This document shows, one piece after another, positions 17,914 to 26,851 of a stretch of 63,543 bases of DNA. A program made the position numbers and the translations under genes. Numbering within the stretch: position 1 is the first letter of the stretch; each line of letters starts with the position of its first letter. Under the pieces are notes generated by a model. The model had not been told where the DNA came from. It made no database searches and worked only from the letters and a program-made list of their open reading frames with translations. Source of the stretch: Aquaticitalea sp. Its GTDB lineage: Bacteria > Bacteroidota > Bacteroidia > Flavobacteriales > Flavobacteriaceae. The stretch lies in the NCBI GenBank assembly GCA_041748695.1, contig JBGTCT010000040.1, positions 1 to 63,543 of the forward strand, given 5' to 3'.

Positions 17914-18325
17914 CTAATTATTTAACAATCTACTTAAAAACTAAATTAACTTAAAAAACAAACTTTACTTATAATATTAGATAATTGAATAATAGCACAT
18001 TATTTTGATGAATCAAATCTAGACCATTTGCTGTTATTGAGAAAATAATATCGATATAAGCTTCAGAATATTTGTTTAAACAATCAGTAATGCAGAAATC
18101 ATCTATAAATTGCAATGAAATAGCTCGATGCTAGTATTCGAGGCGTCAAATTCCAATCCCGATTGCGATCGGTACCAACTTCCAAAAAGGCAAAAGCGAT
18201 AAAAGCAGCTAAAAAATCAACTCTAAATATTTAAAAATAAGGGGTTACAAATCATTCATGTTGGAATTGTGCATATGTTTGCTATTTAGAATATGATGAG
18301 GTTTGGAATAGTTTTGAGTCTTTTA

Positions 18326-19771
18326 TTATGAGTCCAAATCAAACGTTTCAGAAGGATCTTTTGTCTCTGGATAATGCAACATGTTTTCGCCATCGGCAAT
18401 GATGCTACAAACCGCAGCGTCACCTGTTACGTTCACAACAGTTCGGAACATATCTAAAATACGATCTACAGGAAAAATAATAGCAATCCACGCCGGATTT
18501 AAACCAACTGAATCCAAAACAATGATTAACATCACCAATCCTGCACTCGGCACGGCTGCTGAACCTATGGACGCTAAAGTGGTAGTTAAAACAACGGTTA
18601 TTTGCTGGCCAATGGTTAAATCAATCATATGCAATTGTGCTAAAAAGATAACGGCAACCGCTTGATAAAGACTTGTACCATCCATATTTACCGTTGCGCC
18701 AATTGGCAACACAAAGCTGCTTATTTTTTTGTCCACACCCAGATTTTCTTCCACACATTCCATAGTCACAGGCAAAGTCGCTGCGCTACTGGATGTTGAA
18801 AACGCCAATGTTTGAGCCGGACTCATACCCTTAAAGAAACCTCCATAGGATATTTTTTTCACAAAGATCTTTAGGATTGAAGGATAGGTTACGAAAATCA
18901 TCAATAATAAGCCAAGTAAAACAGTGAGAGAATACCAACTTAATCCTTTAAAAATCTCTATGACTTTACTGATATCGTCGCCAGCCATTTTACTGACCAC
19001 TCCAGCCAACAATGCAAACACAAAAAATGGTGCTGCCTGCATGACAATATCCACCATTTTGAGAAACACCTCATTGATACTATCCACTAAATTGATGACA
19101 GGTTGCGACTTTTCATTGGGAATAAATAATAAGCAAACTCCAAAAAATAGGGCGAAAAAAATGATCTGCAACATGAGTCCATTGTTGGATAAGGAATAGA
19201 AAAAATTATCTGGAACAATATCTATAAGCGGTTGCAGTGGCGTGGTTTCCTTTCGCTTTTTTGCATTTTCAATCTTGTCTGCTACAGAAACTTCCGTTAA
19301 ATCGCTCTTGGTTAACTCGGTAATCTTTTGTGCACGTTCAAAAAAAGCTGGGTCTTTTAAATAATTAACACCATCCTTGATTTCATAACCTTGTGAGGAT
19401 GCCCATATTTCGTAATTGATTCGGTTATCAATTCGGCTTTGTTCGTCGATAAGTTTTCCTGGTTTTATGGTGTTTACCAAGAACAATCCCAAGGAAATGG
19501 CCAATACAGTGGTGAACAGGTAGATAAGTAAGGTCTTCCCGCCCATTCGTCCCAAGCTCGCGGGATCACCAATATTGGCTACACCACTAATAATGGAGAA
19601 CAAAACCAAAGGCACTGCAATAAGTTTCAAGAGATTTATGAAAATAGTTCCAAAGGGATCAATCCAATCAATGGTGAAGGAGCTCCAACCCATAGTGCTC
19701 GATACCAAAGCCCATATGATACCAAGCGCCATTCCGATGAGTATTTTCCAGTGTAATGCCAGTTTTTTCAT
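18326..19771 (-). CDS. Dicarboxylate/amino acid:cation symporter (GltP/DAACS)
   Basis: AFSTSSSAATLP, PIGATVNMDGT, SIGSAAVP, DRILDMFRTVVNVTGD. Confidence 0.95.
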   Translation of the reverse strand: MKKLALHWKILIGMALGIIWALVSSTMGWSSFTIDWIDPFGTIFINLLKLIAVPLVLFSIISGVANIGDPASLGRMGGKTLLIYLFTTVLAISLGLFLVNTIKPGKLIDEQSRIDNRINYEIWASSQGYEIKDGVNYLKDPAFFERAQKITELTKSDLTEVSVADKIENAKKRKETTPLQPLIDIVPDNFFYSLSNNGLMLQIIFFALFFGVCLLFIPNEKSQPVINLVDSINEVFLKMVDIVMQAAPFFVFALLAGVVSKMAGDDISKVIEIFKGLSWYSLTVLLGLLLMIFVTYPSILKIFVKKISYGGFFKGMSPAQTLAFSTSSSAATLPVTMECVEENLGVDKKISSFVLPIGATVNMDGTSLYQAVAVIFLAQLHMIDLTIGQQITVVLTTTLASIGSAAVPSAGLVMLIIVLDSVGLNPAWIAIIFPVDRILDMFRTVVNVTGDAAVCSIIADGENMLHYPETKDPSETFDLDS

Positions 19772-19823
19772 GTAGTTCTATGTTTATTCCAAAGAGAAAA
19801 TGAATTGTTATGTTTATGTTTTT

Positions 19824-19893
19824 TTAGCCCTGTTTGCAGCGATATCCTTTTGCTTTTTTTGCAAAAGATAAAGCAGAAAGCAGGAAACAGCTC
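19824..19893. repeat. REP/MITE-like imperfect palindromic element between aroC and the symporter
   Basis: CCTG...GC..ATC-CTTTTGC-T7-GCAAAAG-AT..GC...CAGG nested pairing. Confidence 0.5.
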
Positions 19894-20952
19894 CTAATAC
19901 AAATTATTTAAAAGATAAAAATCGGCCAACACTAATGCTGCCATAGCTTCAACGATAGGCACTGCTCTTGGCACCACACACGGATCGTGACGACCTTTGC
20001 CTTGCATTTCGACGATATTTCCTTGATTATCTAATGTGTTTTGTTTTTGAATAACCGTTGCGACGGGCTTAAAAGCGACCCGAAAATAAATGTCCATCCC
20101 ATTGCTAATACCCCCTTGAATGCCTCCAGACAGGTTGGTTTTTGTGGTGCCATCAGCATTGAATTGATCATTGTGTTCGCTGCCTTTCATACGTGTGCCG
20201 CAAAATCCGCTGCCATATTCAAACCCTTTGACGGCGTTGATGGAAAGCATTGCTTTGCCAAGATCAGCATGTAATTTATCGAACACGGGTTCTCCCAATC
20301 CGATGGGCACGTTTTGAATGACACAGGTAACGGTTCCACCAATGGTGTCGCCTTCTTTTCGAATACTTTTTATTTTTTCAATCATTTGATTGGCAATGCT
20401 TTCGTCCGGACAACGTACATCATTACTTTCAATCTTTGAAAAATCCAATTCTTGGTATGGTTTCTCTAAAAACAAATCGCCAACAGACGATGTATACGCA
20501 ACTATTTTAATACCTTTAAGAACTTGCTTGGCAACCGCCCCAGCAACAACGCGGCAAGCCGTTTCGCGCGCCGAACTGCGTCCTCCCCCTCTGTAATCGC
20601 GGACGCCATACTTTTTCTCGTAGGTATAATCGGCGTGGCTTGGTCGGTACACGTCTTTGATGTGCGAATAGTCCTTTGATTTCTGATTGGTATTTTGAAT
20701 CGTGAATCCGATGGGTGTGCCGGTGGTTTGGTCTTCAAAAATTCCGGATAAGAATTCTACGGTGTCGGGCTCTTTGCGTTGTGTTACGATTTCGGATTGT
20801 CCTGGTTTACGACGGTTCATCTCCGCTTGAATCGCTTCTATATTGAGTGTGATGCCAGGAGGACAACCGTCAATAACGCCACCAATTGCTGGTCCGTGCG
20901 ATTCGCCAAAAGTGGTTAATTTAAATATTTTTCCAAAGGAATTACCAGCCAT
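19894..20952 (-). CDS. aroC: Chorismate synthase
   Basis: [40 protein letters not shown]. Confidence 0.98.
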   Translation of the reverse strand: MAGNSFGKIFKLTTFGESHGPAIGGVIDGCPPGITLNIEAIQAEMNRRKPGQSEIVTQRKEPDTVEFLSGIFEDQTTGTPIGFTIQNTNQKSKDYSHIKDVYRPSHADYTYEKKYGVRDYRGGGRSSARETACRVVAGAVAKQVLKGIKIVAYTSSVGDLFLEKPYQELDFSKIESNDVRCPDESIANQMIEKIKSIRKEGDTIGGTVTCVIQNVPIGLGEPVFDKLHADLGKAMLSINAVKGFEYGSGFCGTRMKGSEHNDQFNADGTTKTNLSGGIQGGISNGMDIYFRVAFKPVATVIQKQNTLDNQGNIVEMQGKGRHDPCVVPRAVPIVEAMAALVLADFYLLNNLY

Positions 20953-21142
20953 AAAGAGTATTTTTTGCTAAAGTAAATCTAATATTAGACATAGAAAAAT
21001 AGAATTTTAGTTTCGGTTTACCAATAATAAAGGCTTCAAGATAACAATTTCATAACAGAATACTCACAGTTAATTAATTAAGGGTTAAAGTTCAAGTCAT
21101 ATTAATATGTGTACTTTGCAAGTAGAATCTCAATCTTAGCCC

Positions 21143-21988
21143 TTGAAATTAAAACGAAAAATTGAAATCGCAGTCATCTCTGATGTGCATCTTGGTACGT
21201 ATGGTTGCCATGCCAAACAATTGCTCACCTACCTTAATAGCATCCAACCCAAAAAACTGATTCTCAATGGGGATATTGTTGATATTTGGCAGTTTAGTAA
21301 ACGTTATTTTCCGAAATCCCATCTTAGGGTTTTGAAGAAGATTATTGAAATGGCTTCTGATGGTGTAGAGGTGATTTACATAACTGGAAACCATGACGAA
21401 ATGCTGCGAAAATTTAGCGATACGACTATTGGCAACATTTCTATCGTGGATAAAATCGTTTTAAATCTTGACGGAAAAAAAGCGTGGTTCTTTCATGGTG
21501 ATGTTTTTGATGTTTCCATTCAAAATGCCAAATGGCTTGCAAAACTAGGGGGCTATGGATATGATTTGTTGATCATATTAAATCGAATGGTCAATTGGGG
21601 TCTGGAAATTGCAGGGAAGGAAAAATATTCACTTTCAAAAAAAATTAAAAACAGTGTTAAGAGTGCCGTTAAATATATCAGTGATTTTGAGAATGTCGTT
21701 TCAGAATTGGCCATTGAAAATGAATACGATTACGTCGTTTGCGGACATATTCATCAACCCAAAATGCTCATAAAAGAAAACAAAAACGGCAAAACCATGT
21801 ATTTGAATTCTGGGGATTGGATTGAAAATTTCACGGCTTTGGAATATCAATTTAAACGGTGGAAAATCTACAACTATAACTTTGACAAACTCTCTCCGTT
21901 TTTTGCAGATGAAGATATAAAAGATATGGAAGATATTGAATTAAAGGACTTAATCGCTGCTATTACGATCATCCAATCTGATAAATAA
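21143..21988 (+). CDS. LpxH-like calcineurin-type metallophosphoesterase (UDP-2,3-diacylglucosamine diphosphatase family); TTG start
   Basis: SDVHLG, GDIVD, GNHD, HGD, GHIH, NSGDW. Confidence 0.85.
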   Translation: MKLKRKIEIAVISDVHLGTYGCHAKQLLTYLNSIQPKKLILNGDIVDIWQFSKRYFPKSHLRVLKKIIEMASDGVEVIYITGNHDEMLRKFSDTTIGNISIVDKIVLNLDGKKAWFFHGDVFDVSIQNAKWLAKLGGYGYDLLIILNRMVNWGLEIAGKEKYSLSKKIKNSVKSAVKYISDFENVVSELAIENEYDYVVCGHIHQPKMLIKENKNGKTMYLNSGDWIENFTALEYQFKRWKIYNYNFDKLSPFFADEDIKDMEDIELKDLIAAITIIQSDK

Positions 21989-21994
21989 TTAGTT

Positions 21995-24922
21995 TTATAT
22001 TAATGCCTGTTTGAGAATGGTTACAGGATGAAGTGCAATTCTTTGTGTTCCATCTTTAATTTGATGCCTGCAACTTGTGCCATTTGCGGCGATAACAACA
22101 TCAGAGGCAGCATTCCTAACAGCTGGAAATAAGGTTTGTTCCCCTATAAGCATACTTATTTCGTAATGTTCTTTTTCGTATCCAAAACTTCCCGCCATAC
22201 CACAGCAACCACTTGGGATTATGGTGACCTTATAATGCTCTGGCAGATTCATCATATCAAAACTAGAGGATTGATTCCTCAATGCCTTTTGATGGCAATG
22301 TCCATGAAATTTAATGGTTTTTGGCTCTTTTGTAAATTGAGACTGTTTAATATTTCCCAATAGAATCTCCTGCTGTAAGAATTCTTCAATTAAATAGGTA
22401 TGTTTGGCAATGTGTTTAGCTGCAACTTTATTATCTGCCAACTTTGGATATTCATCTGTAAAGGTCAGAATAGCCGAGGGTTCTATGCCGATTAATGGTG
22501 TTTCGGCTGAAATGATCTCTTTAAAAATGGAAATATTTTCATTGGCAATTTGTTTGGCCTCTTCCAAAAATCCTTTTGAAATATAACTTCTTCCACTTTC
22601 TAAATACTTGACGTATATTATTTTATAATTTAATGCCTCAAGCAATACTTCAATATCTTTTGCAATATCAGATTCTAGATAATTGGTAAATTCATCAATA
22701 AACACATGCACGGTTTTAATCGGATTTGTGGCCATTCCCTTTTTTTTCGATTCAACAGGGAAATTATCCCAGTTGATAAATGGAGCTGTAATTTCTGGTA
22801 AGCTCCGTTTTGGATGAATACCCAAAACGCCTTTAAATACATTTGATATGAAATTGTTTTGGAATAGAAAGTTAAAAAAATCTGGGGCTTTTGACGCTAT
22901 CTTATTATACCGAGTAGATTGCGCAAAGAATTTTTCCTTGAATTTAAACCCGTTTGCCTTTTGATATTGATATTGAAACTCCGCTTTGAGACTTGCGACA
23001 TCCACACTGCTTGGACATTCGCTGGCACAGGCTTTACAACTCAAACATAAATCGAAAACCTCTTTTAACTCTTTGTGATTGAATTTGTTAGTTTTATCTG
23101 AATTGGTCAAAAATTCCCGCAATGCATTAGCCCTGGCTCGTGTGGTGTCCTTTTCGTTTCGGGTGGCCCTATAACTTGGACACATGGTACCTCCAAATTC
23201 TGGTAATTTTCTACAATCACCAGATCCGTTGCATTTTTCCGCTTCACGCAAAATCCCTAAAGAATGCGAAAAATCAAGGATTGTCTCAATTTCAGGTTCT
23301 TGTCTATCAGGTTGATACCGTAAATTTTCGTCCATGGGATAGGCATCGACAATTTTCCATGGGTTGAATATGTTGTTAGGATCGAAGGCTGATTTAATTC
23401 TCTTTATAATTTGATAATTTTGGTCGCCAATCATCATTGGGATAAATTCCGCCCGCACCATTCCGTCGCCGTGTTCGCCACTCATGGATCCCTTATATTT
23501 CTTGACTAAATGTGCAACATCTGTTGTAATTTTTCTAAAATCAGAAACACCTTCGCTTGTCTTTAAATTGAGAATGGGTCTCAAATGCAATTCCCCAGCA
23601 CCAGCATGTGCGTAGTAAATGGCATTTTGGTTGTAGCTTTTCATCAAGTGGGTAAACTCATTGATATAATTGGCCAAATCTGGCAATGCTACTGCAGTAT
23701 CTTCTATACAGGCTGCAGATTTGTTGTCGCCAATAATATTGCCAAGAAGTCCCAAACCAGCTTTTCGTAATTCGACGGCCTTATCAATATCATCACCCAT
23801 CAGCATTGGGAAGGCATAACTTAATTTTGAATTTTGTATGTCTTCAATTAGCTTTTCTGCTGATAATTTGACGTCATCAAGGGTGTTTCCGCGTACTTCA
23901 CACATCAAAATAGCCTTTGGGTCGCCAATGATAAACATGCGATTTTCTGCTTGAGTTTTGTTTTGTTTGGTGCAATCAAGAATGGTCTTATCCATCATTT
24001 CGCAAGTGAACAAGTTGTGGTTCATCACCAGTTCGACACTCTTCAAACAGGTCTCAATACTTTCAAAATGGGCGGCAATCATGATGCTTTCCTTGGGTTG
24101 CAAATCATCCAGTTGCAAAGTGATTTGGGTGGTAAAGGCTAATGTTCCTTCACTTCCTGATAACAATTTGCACATATTGAAACTTTCGGAAGAATCTGAA
24201 AACACTTCAGATTTAATCAATTCGTCAATGGCATAACCTGTATTTCGTCTATGGATTTCGGGCTTGGGGAATTTATCTTTGATCTGATCTTGAACAATTT
24301 TTGATTTTAATTCTGAATAGATGGTGCTGTAAATACGGCCTTCCTGAGAGTCTGATTTTGTTTTTTGATGAAATTCTTCATTTGAAATGGTTTTAAATAA
24401 GACTTCACTTCCATCGCTCAAGATTGTTTGTAATTCCAACACTTTGTCACGTGTCACTCCATATTGAATAGAAGTAGTTCCCGAAGAATTGTTGCCGACC
24501 ATCCCTCCTATCATACAGCGATTGGAAGTGGATGTGTTCGGACTGAAAAACAAACCAAAAGGTTTTAGGCAATTATTAAGTTCATCTCTAACAACTCCTG
24601 GTTGAACGGTTACGGTTTTCGCCCTTTCATTGATATCGAGTATTTTGTTTAGATATTTCGATACATCTACAACGATTCCTTCTCCAACACATTGACCAGC
24701 TAAAGAAGTTCCAGCTGTTCTCGGAATTAGAGAAGTTTTATTTTTTGTTGCAAAAGCAATAAGAAGTATAATGTCTGCAGTTGATTTTGGATATGCAACG
24801 GCCAATGGCAATCGACGATAAACAGAAGCATCTGTGGCATAAATTGCCTTAATCAAACCGTCAAAATATAATTCTCCAGTAAGTTGTTGTTTTAAATATT
24901 GAAGATGAACTGTTTGTTCCAT
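21995..24922 (-). CDS. FAD-binding and Fe-S oxidoreductase (YdiJ/D-2-hydroxyacid dehydrogenase-like)
   Basis: RTAGTSLAGQ, GGMVGNN, GSEGTL, GEHGDG, CNGSGDC..CP, CLSCKACASECP, CCG domain (GCCGMAGSFG). Confidence 0.92.
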   Translation of the reverse strand: MEQTVHLQYLKQQLTGELYFDGLIKAIYATDASVYRRLPLAVAYPKSTADIILLIAFATKNKTSLIPRTAGTSLAGQCVGEGIVVDVSKYLNKILDINERAKTVTVQPGVVRDELNNCLKPFGLFFSPNTSTSNRCMIGGMVGNNSSGTTSIQYGVTRDKVLELQTILSDGSEVLFKTISNEEFHQKTKSDSQEGRIYSTIYSELKSKIVQDQIKDKFPKPEIHRRNTGYAIDELIKSEVFSDSSESFNMCKLLSGSEGTLAFTTQITLQLDDLQPKESIMIAAHFESIETCLKSVELVMNHNLFTCEMMDKTILDCTKQNKTQAENRMFIIGDPKAILMCEVRGNTLDDVKLSAEKLIEDIQNSKLSYAFPMLMGDDIDKAVELRKAGLGLLGNIIGDNKSAACIEDTAVALPDLANYINEFTHLMKSYNQNAIYYAHAGAGELHLRPILNLKTSEGVSDFRKITTDVAHLVKKYKGSMSGEHGDGMVRAEFIPMMIGDQNYQIIKRIKSAFDPNNIFNPWKIVDAYPMDENLRYQPDRQEPEIETILDFSHSLGILREAEKCNGSGDCRKLPEFGGTMCPSYRATRNEKDTTRARANALREFLTNSDKTNKFNHKELKEVFDLCLSCKACASECPSSVDVASLKAEFQYQYQKANGFKFKEKFFAQSTRYNKIASKAPDFFNFLFQNNFISNVFKGVLGIHPKRSLPEITAPFINWDNFPVESKKKGMATNPIKTVHVFIDEFTNYLESDIAKDIEVLLEALNYKIIYVKYLESGRSYISKGFLEEAKQIANENISIFKEIISAETPLIGIEPSAILTFTDEYPKLADNKVAAKHIAKHTYLIEEFLQQEILLGNIKQSQFTKEPKTIKFHGHCHQKALRNQSSSFDMMNLPEHYKVTIIPSGCCGMAGSFGYEKEHYEISMLIGEQTLFPAVRNAASDVVIAANGTSCRHQIKDGTQRIALHPVTILKQALI

Positions 24923-25075
24923 TGGTGTTTAAAAGTTCGTATAAAACTATAAAGAATTGTAACACAAATCTTAATTTTGGTCTTATATTTGTGATATAAA
25001 TGACTATTTATATATGATCTATTTTTAATATCTGGACGTATATAGGATTAGTGTAACTTAAAAACTTAAAAACTT

Positions 25076-25579
25076 ATGAAAAAATTATTTTTGATTACAA
25101 TGTCTATTTTGGGATTCACAGCAGTGATGACAGCACAAGACATTGCCGATAATGCAATTGGTCTTCGATTGGGAGATAGCGACGGATTTGGAGCAGAAAT
25201 CTCTTATCAAAGAGCTATAGGCGACAACAACCGTTTGGAATTTGATTTAGGAATTCGTGATGGAAGGAATTATGACGGTTTTAAACTGGTTGGTCTATAT
25301 CAATGGGTATGGAATATTGATGGTGGGTTCAACTGGTATGTAGGACCTGGAGTTGGTATAGCTTCTTACAGTTATGACTTCCGTGACAACAATGACAATA
25401 GACGTGATGAAGATTATACTTTCGGATTTTTGGCAGGTGATATAGGAATCGAATACAATTTTGACATTCCATTATTGATATCATTGGACTTTAGACCAGA
25501 GTTTGGTTTAGGTAATAGTGATTTCCGTGATGACAATTTAGATTTTGATATTGGTATCGGAATTAGATATCAATTTTAA
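25076..25579 (+). CDS. Small outer-membrane beta-barrel protein
   Basis: Signal peptide ending A-Q, alternating beta strands, C-terminal IRYQF BAM signal; TATATTTG at 24984-24991. Confidence 0.8.
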   Translation: MKKLFLITMSILGFTAVMTAQDIADNAIGLRLGDSDGFGAEISYQRAIGDNNRLEFDLGIRDGRNYDGFKLVGLYQWVWNIDGGFNWYVGPGVGIASYSYDFRDNNDNRRDEDYTFGFLAGDIGIEYNFDIPLLISLDFRPEFGLGNSDFRDDNLDFDIGIGIRYQF

Positions 25580-25594
25580 TATATATCTTTAAAT

Positions 25595-25623
25595 AAAAAA
25601 ACCACCGATTGGTGGTTTTTTTT
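25595..25623. terminator. Bidirectional terminator
   Basis: A7-CCACC-gatt-GGTGG-T8 between convergent genes. Confidence 0.88.
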
Positions 25624-25646
25624 ATGTCTATTGGAATCAGATTCCC

Positions 25647-26783
25647 TTATAAAGCGAGGCACTTTTTTAAAGTTCGTTCGTATAATGCTTCATATTGAGG
25701 CACGACATTGTGAATGTCAAATTTTTGAGATTCCTGTTTAGCATTCATTTTGAATTGCTTCAATCGCTCTGAATCGCTCAAAATATAAATGGCGTTTTTA
25801 GACATGTCTTCTACATCATTCACATTACTTAAAAATCCCGAAACACCTTGGATGTTCACTTCAGGAATGCCACCAGTATTACTGGATATAACAGGAACAC
25901 CAGATGCCATTGCTTCCAAAGCTGCCAAACCAAAACTTTCGCTTATTGAAGGTAATAAAAACAAATCGCTAAAACACAATATTTTATCTATTTCATTACT
26001 ATTTCCGAAGAAAACGACTTTCTCTGCAATGTCTAGTTTGTGACATAATTGCTCTGCTTCTTTCTTTTCAGGTCCTTCGCCAACCATCATTAATTTCGCT
26101 GGGATCTCTTTCTGGATGTTATAAAATATTTTAATGATATCTGGAATTTGCTTAACCTTTCTGAAATTACTTATATGTGTGATTATTTTTTCGGAATCAT
26201 TCGCCATAAATTCGCGCTGACAGTCTGAAAAATGAGTTTTATACTTGCTTAAATCTATAAAATTAGGAACTACACTTATTTCATTTTTAATATCAAACAA
26301 ACGCAAGGTATCATCCTTTAGGCTTTGAGATACCGATGTTACAGCATCAGATTTATTGATGCTAAAAGTCACAGCAGGTTTATAAAAAGGATGGCTACCA
26401 ACAAGCGTTATATCCGTTCCGTGAAGTGTCGTCACTATTGGAACATAAATACCTTCTTCTTGAAGCATTTTTTTTGCCATATAAGCCGCATACGCATGGG
26501 GAATCGCGTAATGCACATGCAGAATCTCAATACCGTGCAATTTTACCATATCTACCAACTTGCTCGAAAGCGCCAATTCGTAAGGTTGGTATAAAAACAA
26601 CGGGTATTCCGGTACCGTGACTTCATGGTAATGGACATTGCTGCCCAATAAATCCAATCGCACGGGTTGACTGTATGTGATAAAATGTATTTCGTGTCCG
26701 CGTTTGGATAACGCTAAACCGAGTTCCGTAGCTACAACTCCACTACCCCCAAATGTTGGGTAACAAACTATTCCTATTTTCAT
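25647..26783 (-). CDS. bshA: N-acetyl-alpha-D-glucosaminyl L-malate synthase (GT4)
   Basis: CYPTFGGSGVVATELG, HVHYAIPHA, TTLHGTDIT, HISNFR.VK, ESFGLAALEAM. Confidence 0.93.
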   Translation of the reverse strand: MKIGIVCYPTFGGSGVVATELGLALSKRGHEIHFITYSQPVRLDLLGSNVHYHEVTVPEYPLFLYQPYELALSSKLVDMVKLHGIEILHVHYAIPHAYAAYMAKKMLQEEGIYVPIVTTLHGTDITLVGSHPFYKPAVTFSINKSDAVTSVSQSLKDDTLRLFDIKNEISVVPNFIDLSKYKTHFSDCQREFMANDSEKIITHISNFRKVKQIPDIIKIFYNIQKEIPAKLMMVGEGPEKKEAEQLCHKLDIAEKVVFFGNSNEIDKILCFSDLFLLPSISESFGLAALEAMASGVPVISSNTGGIPEVNIQGVSGFLSNVNDVEDMSKNAIYILSDSERLKQFKMNAKQESQKFDIHNVVPQYEALYERTLKKCLAL

Positions 26784-26851
26784 ATACTAAAATAAAAGTT
26801 GAATCGTAATTTCTTTCCATTCCTTTCAACCATTCTTTAAAATTAGCTTTT

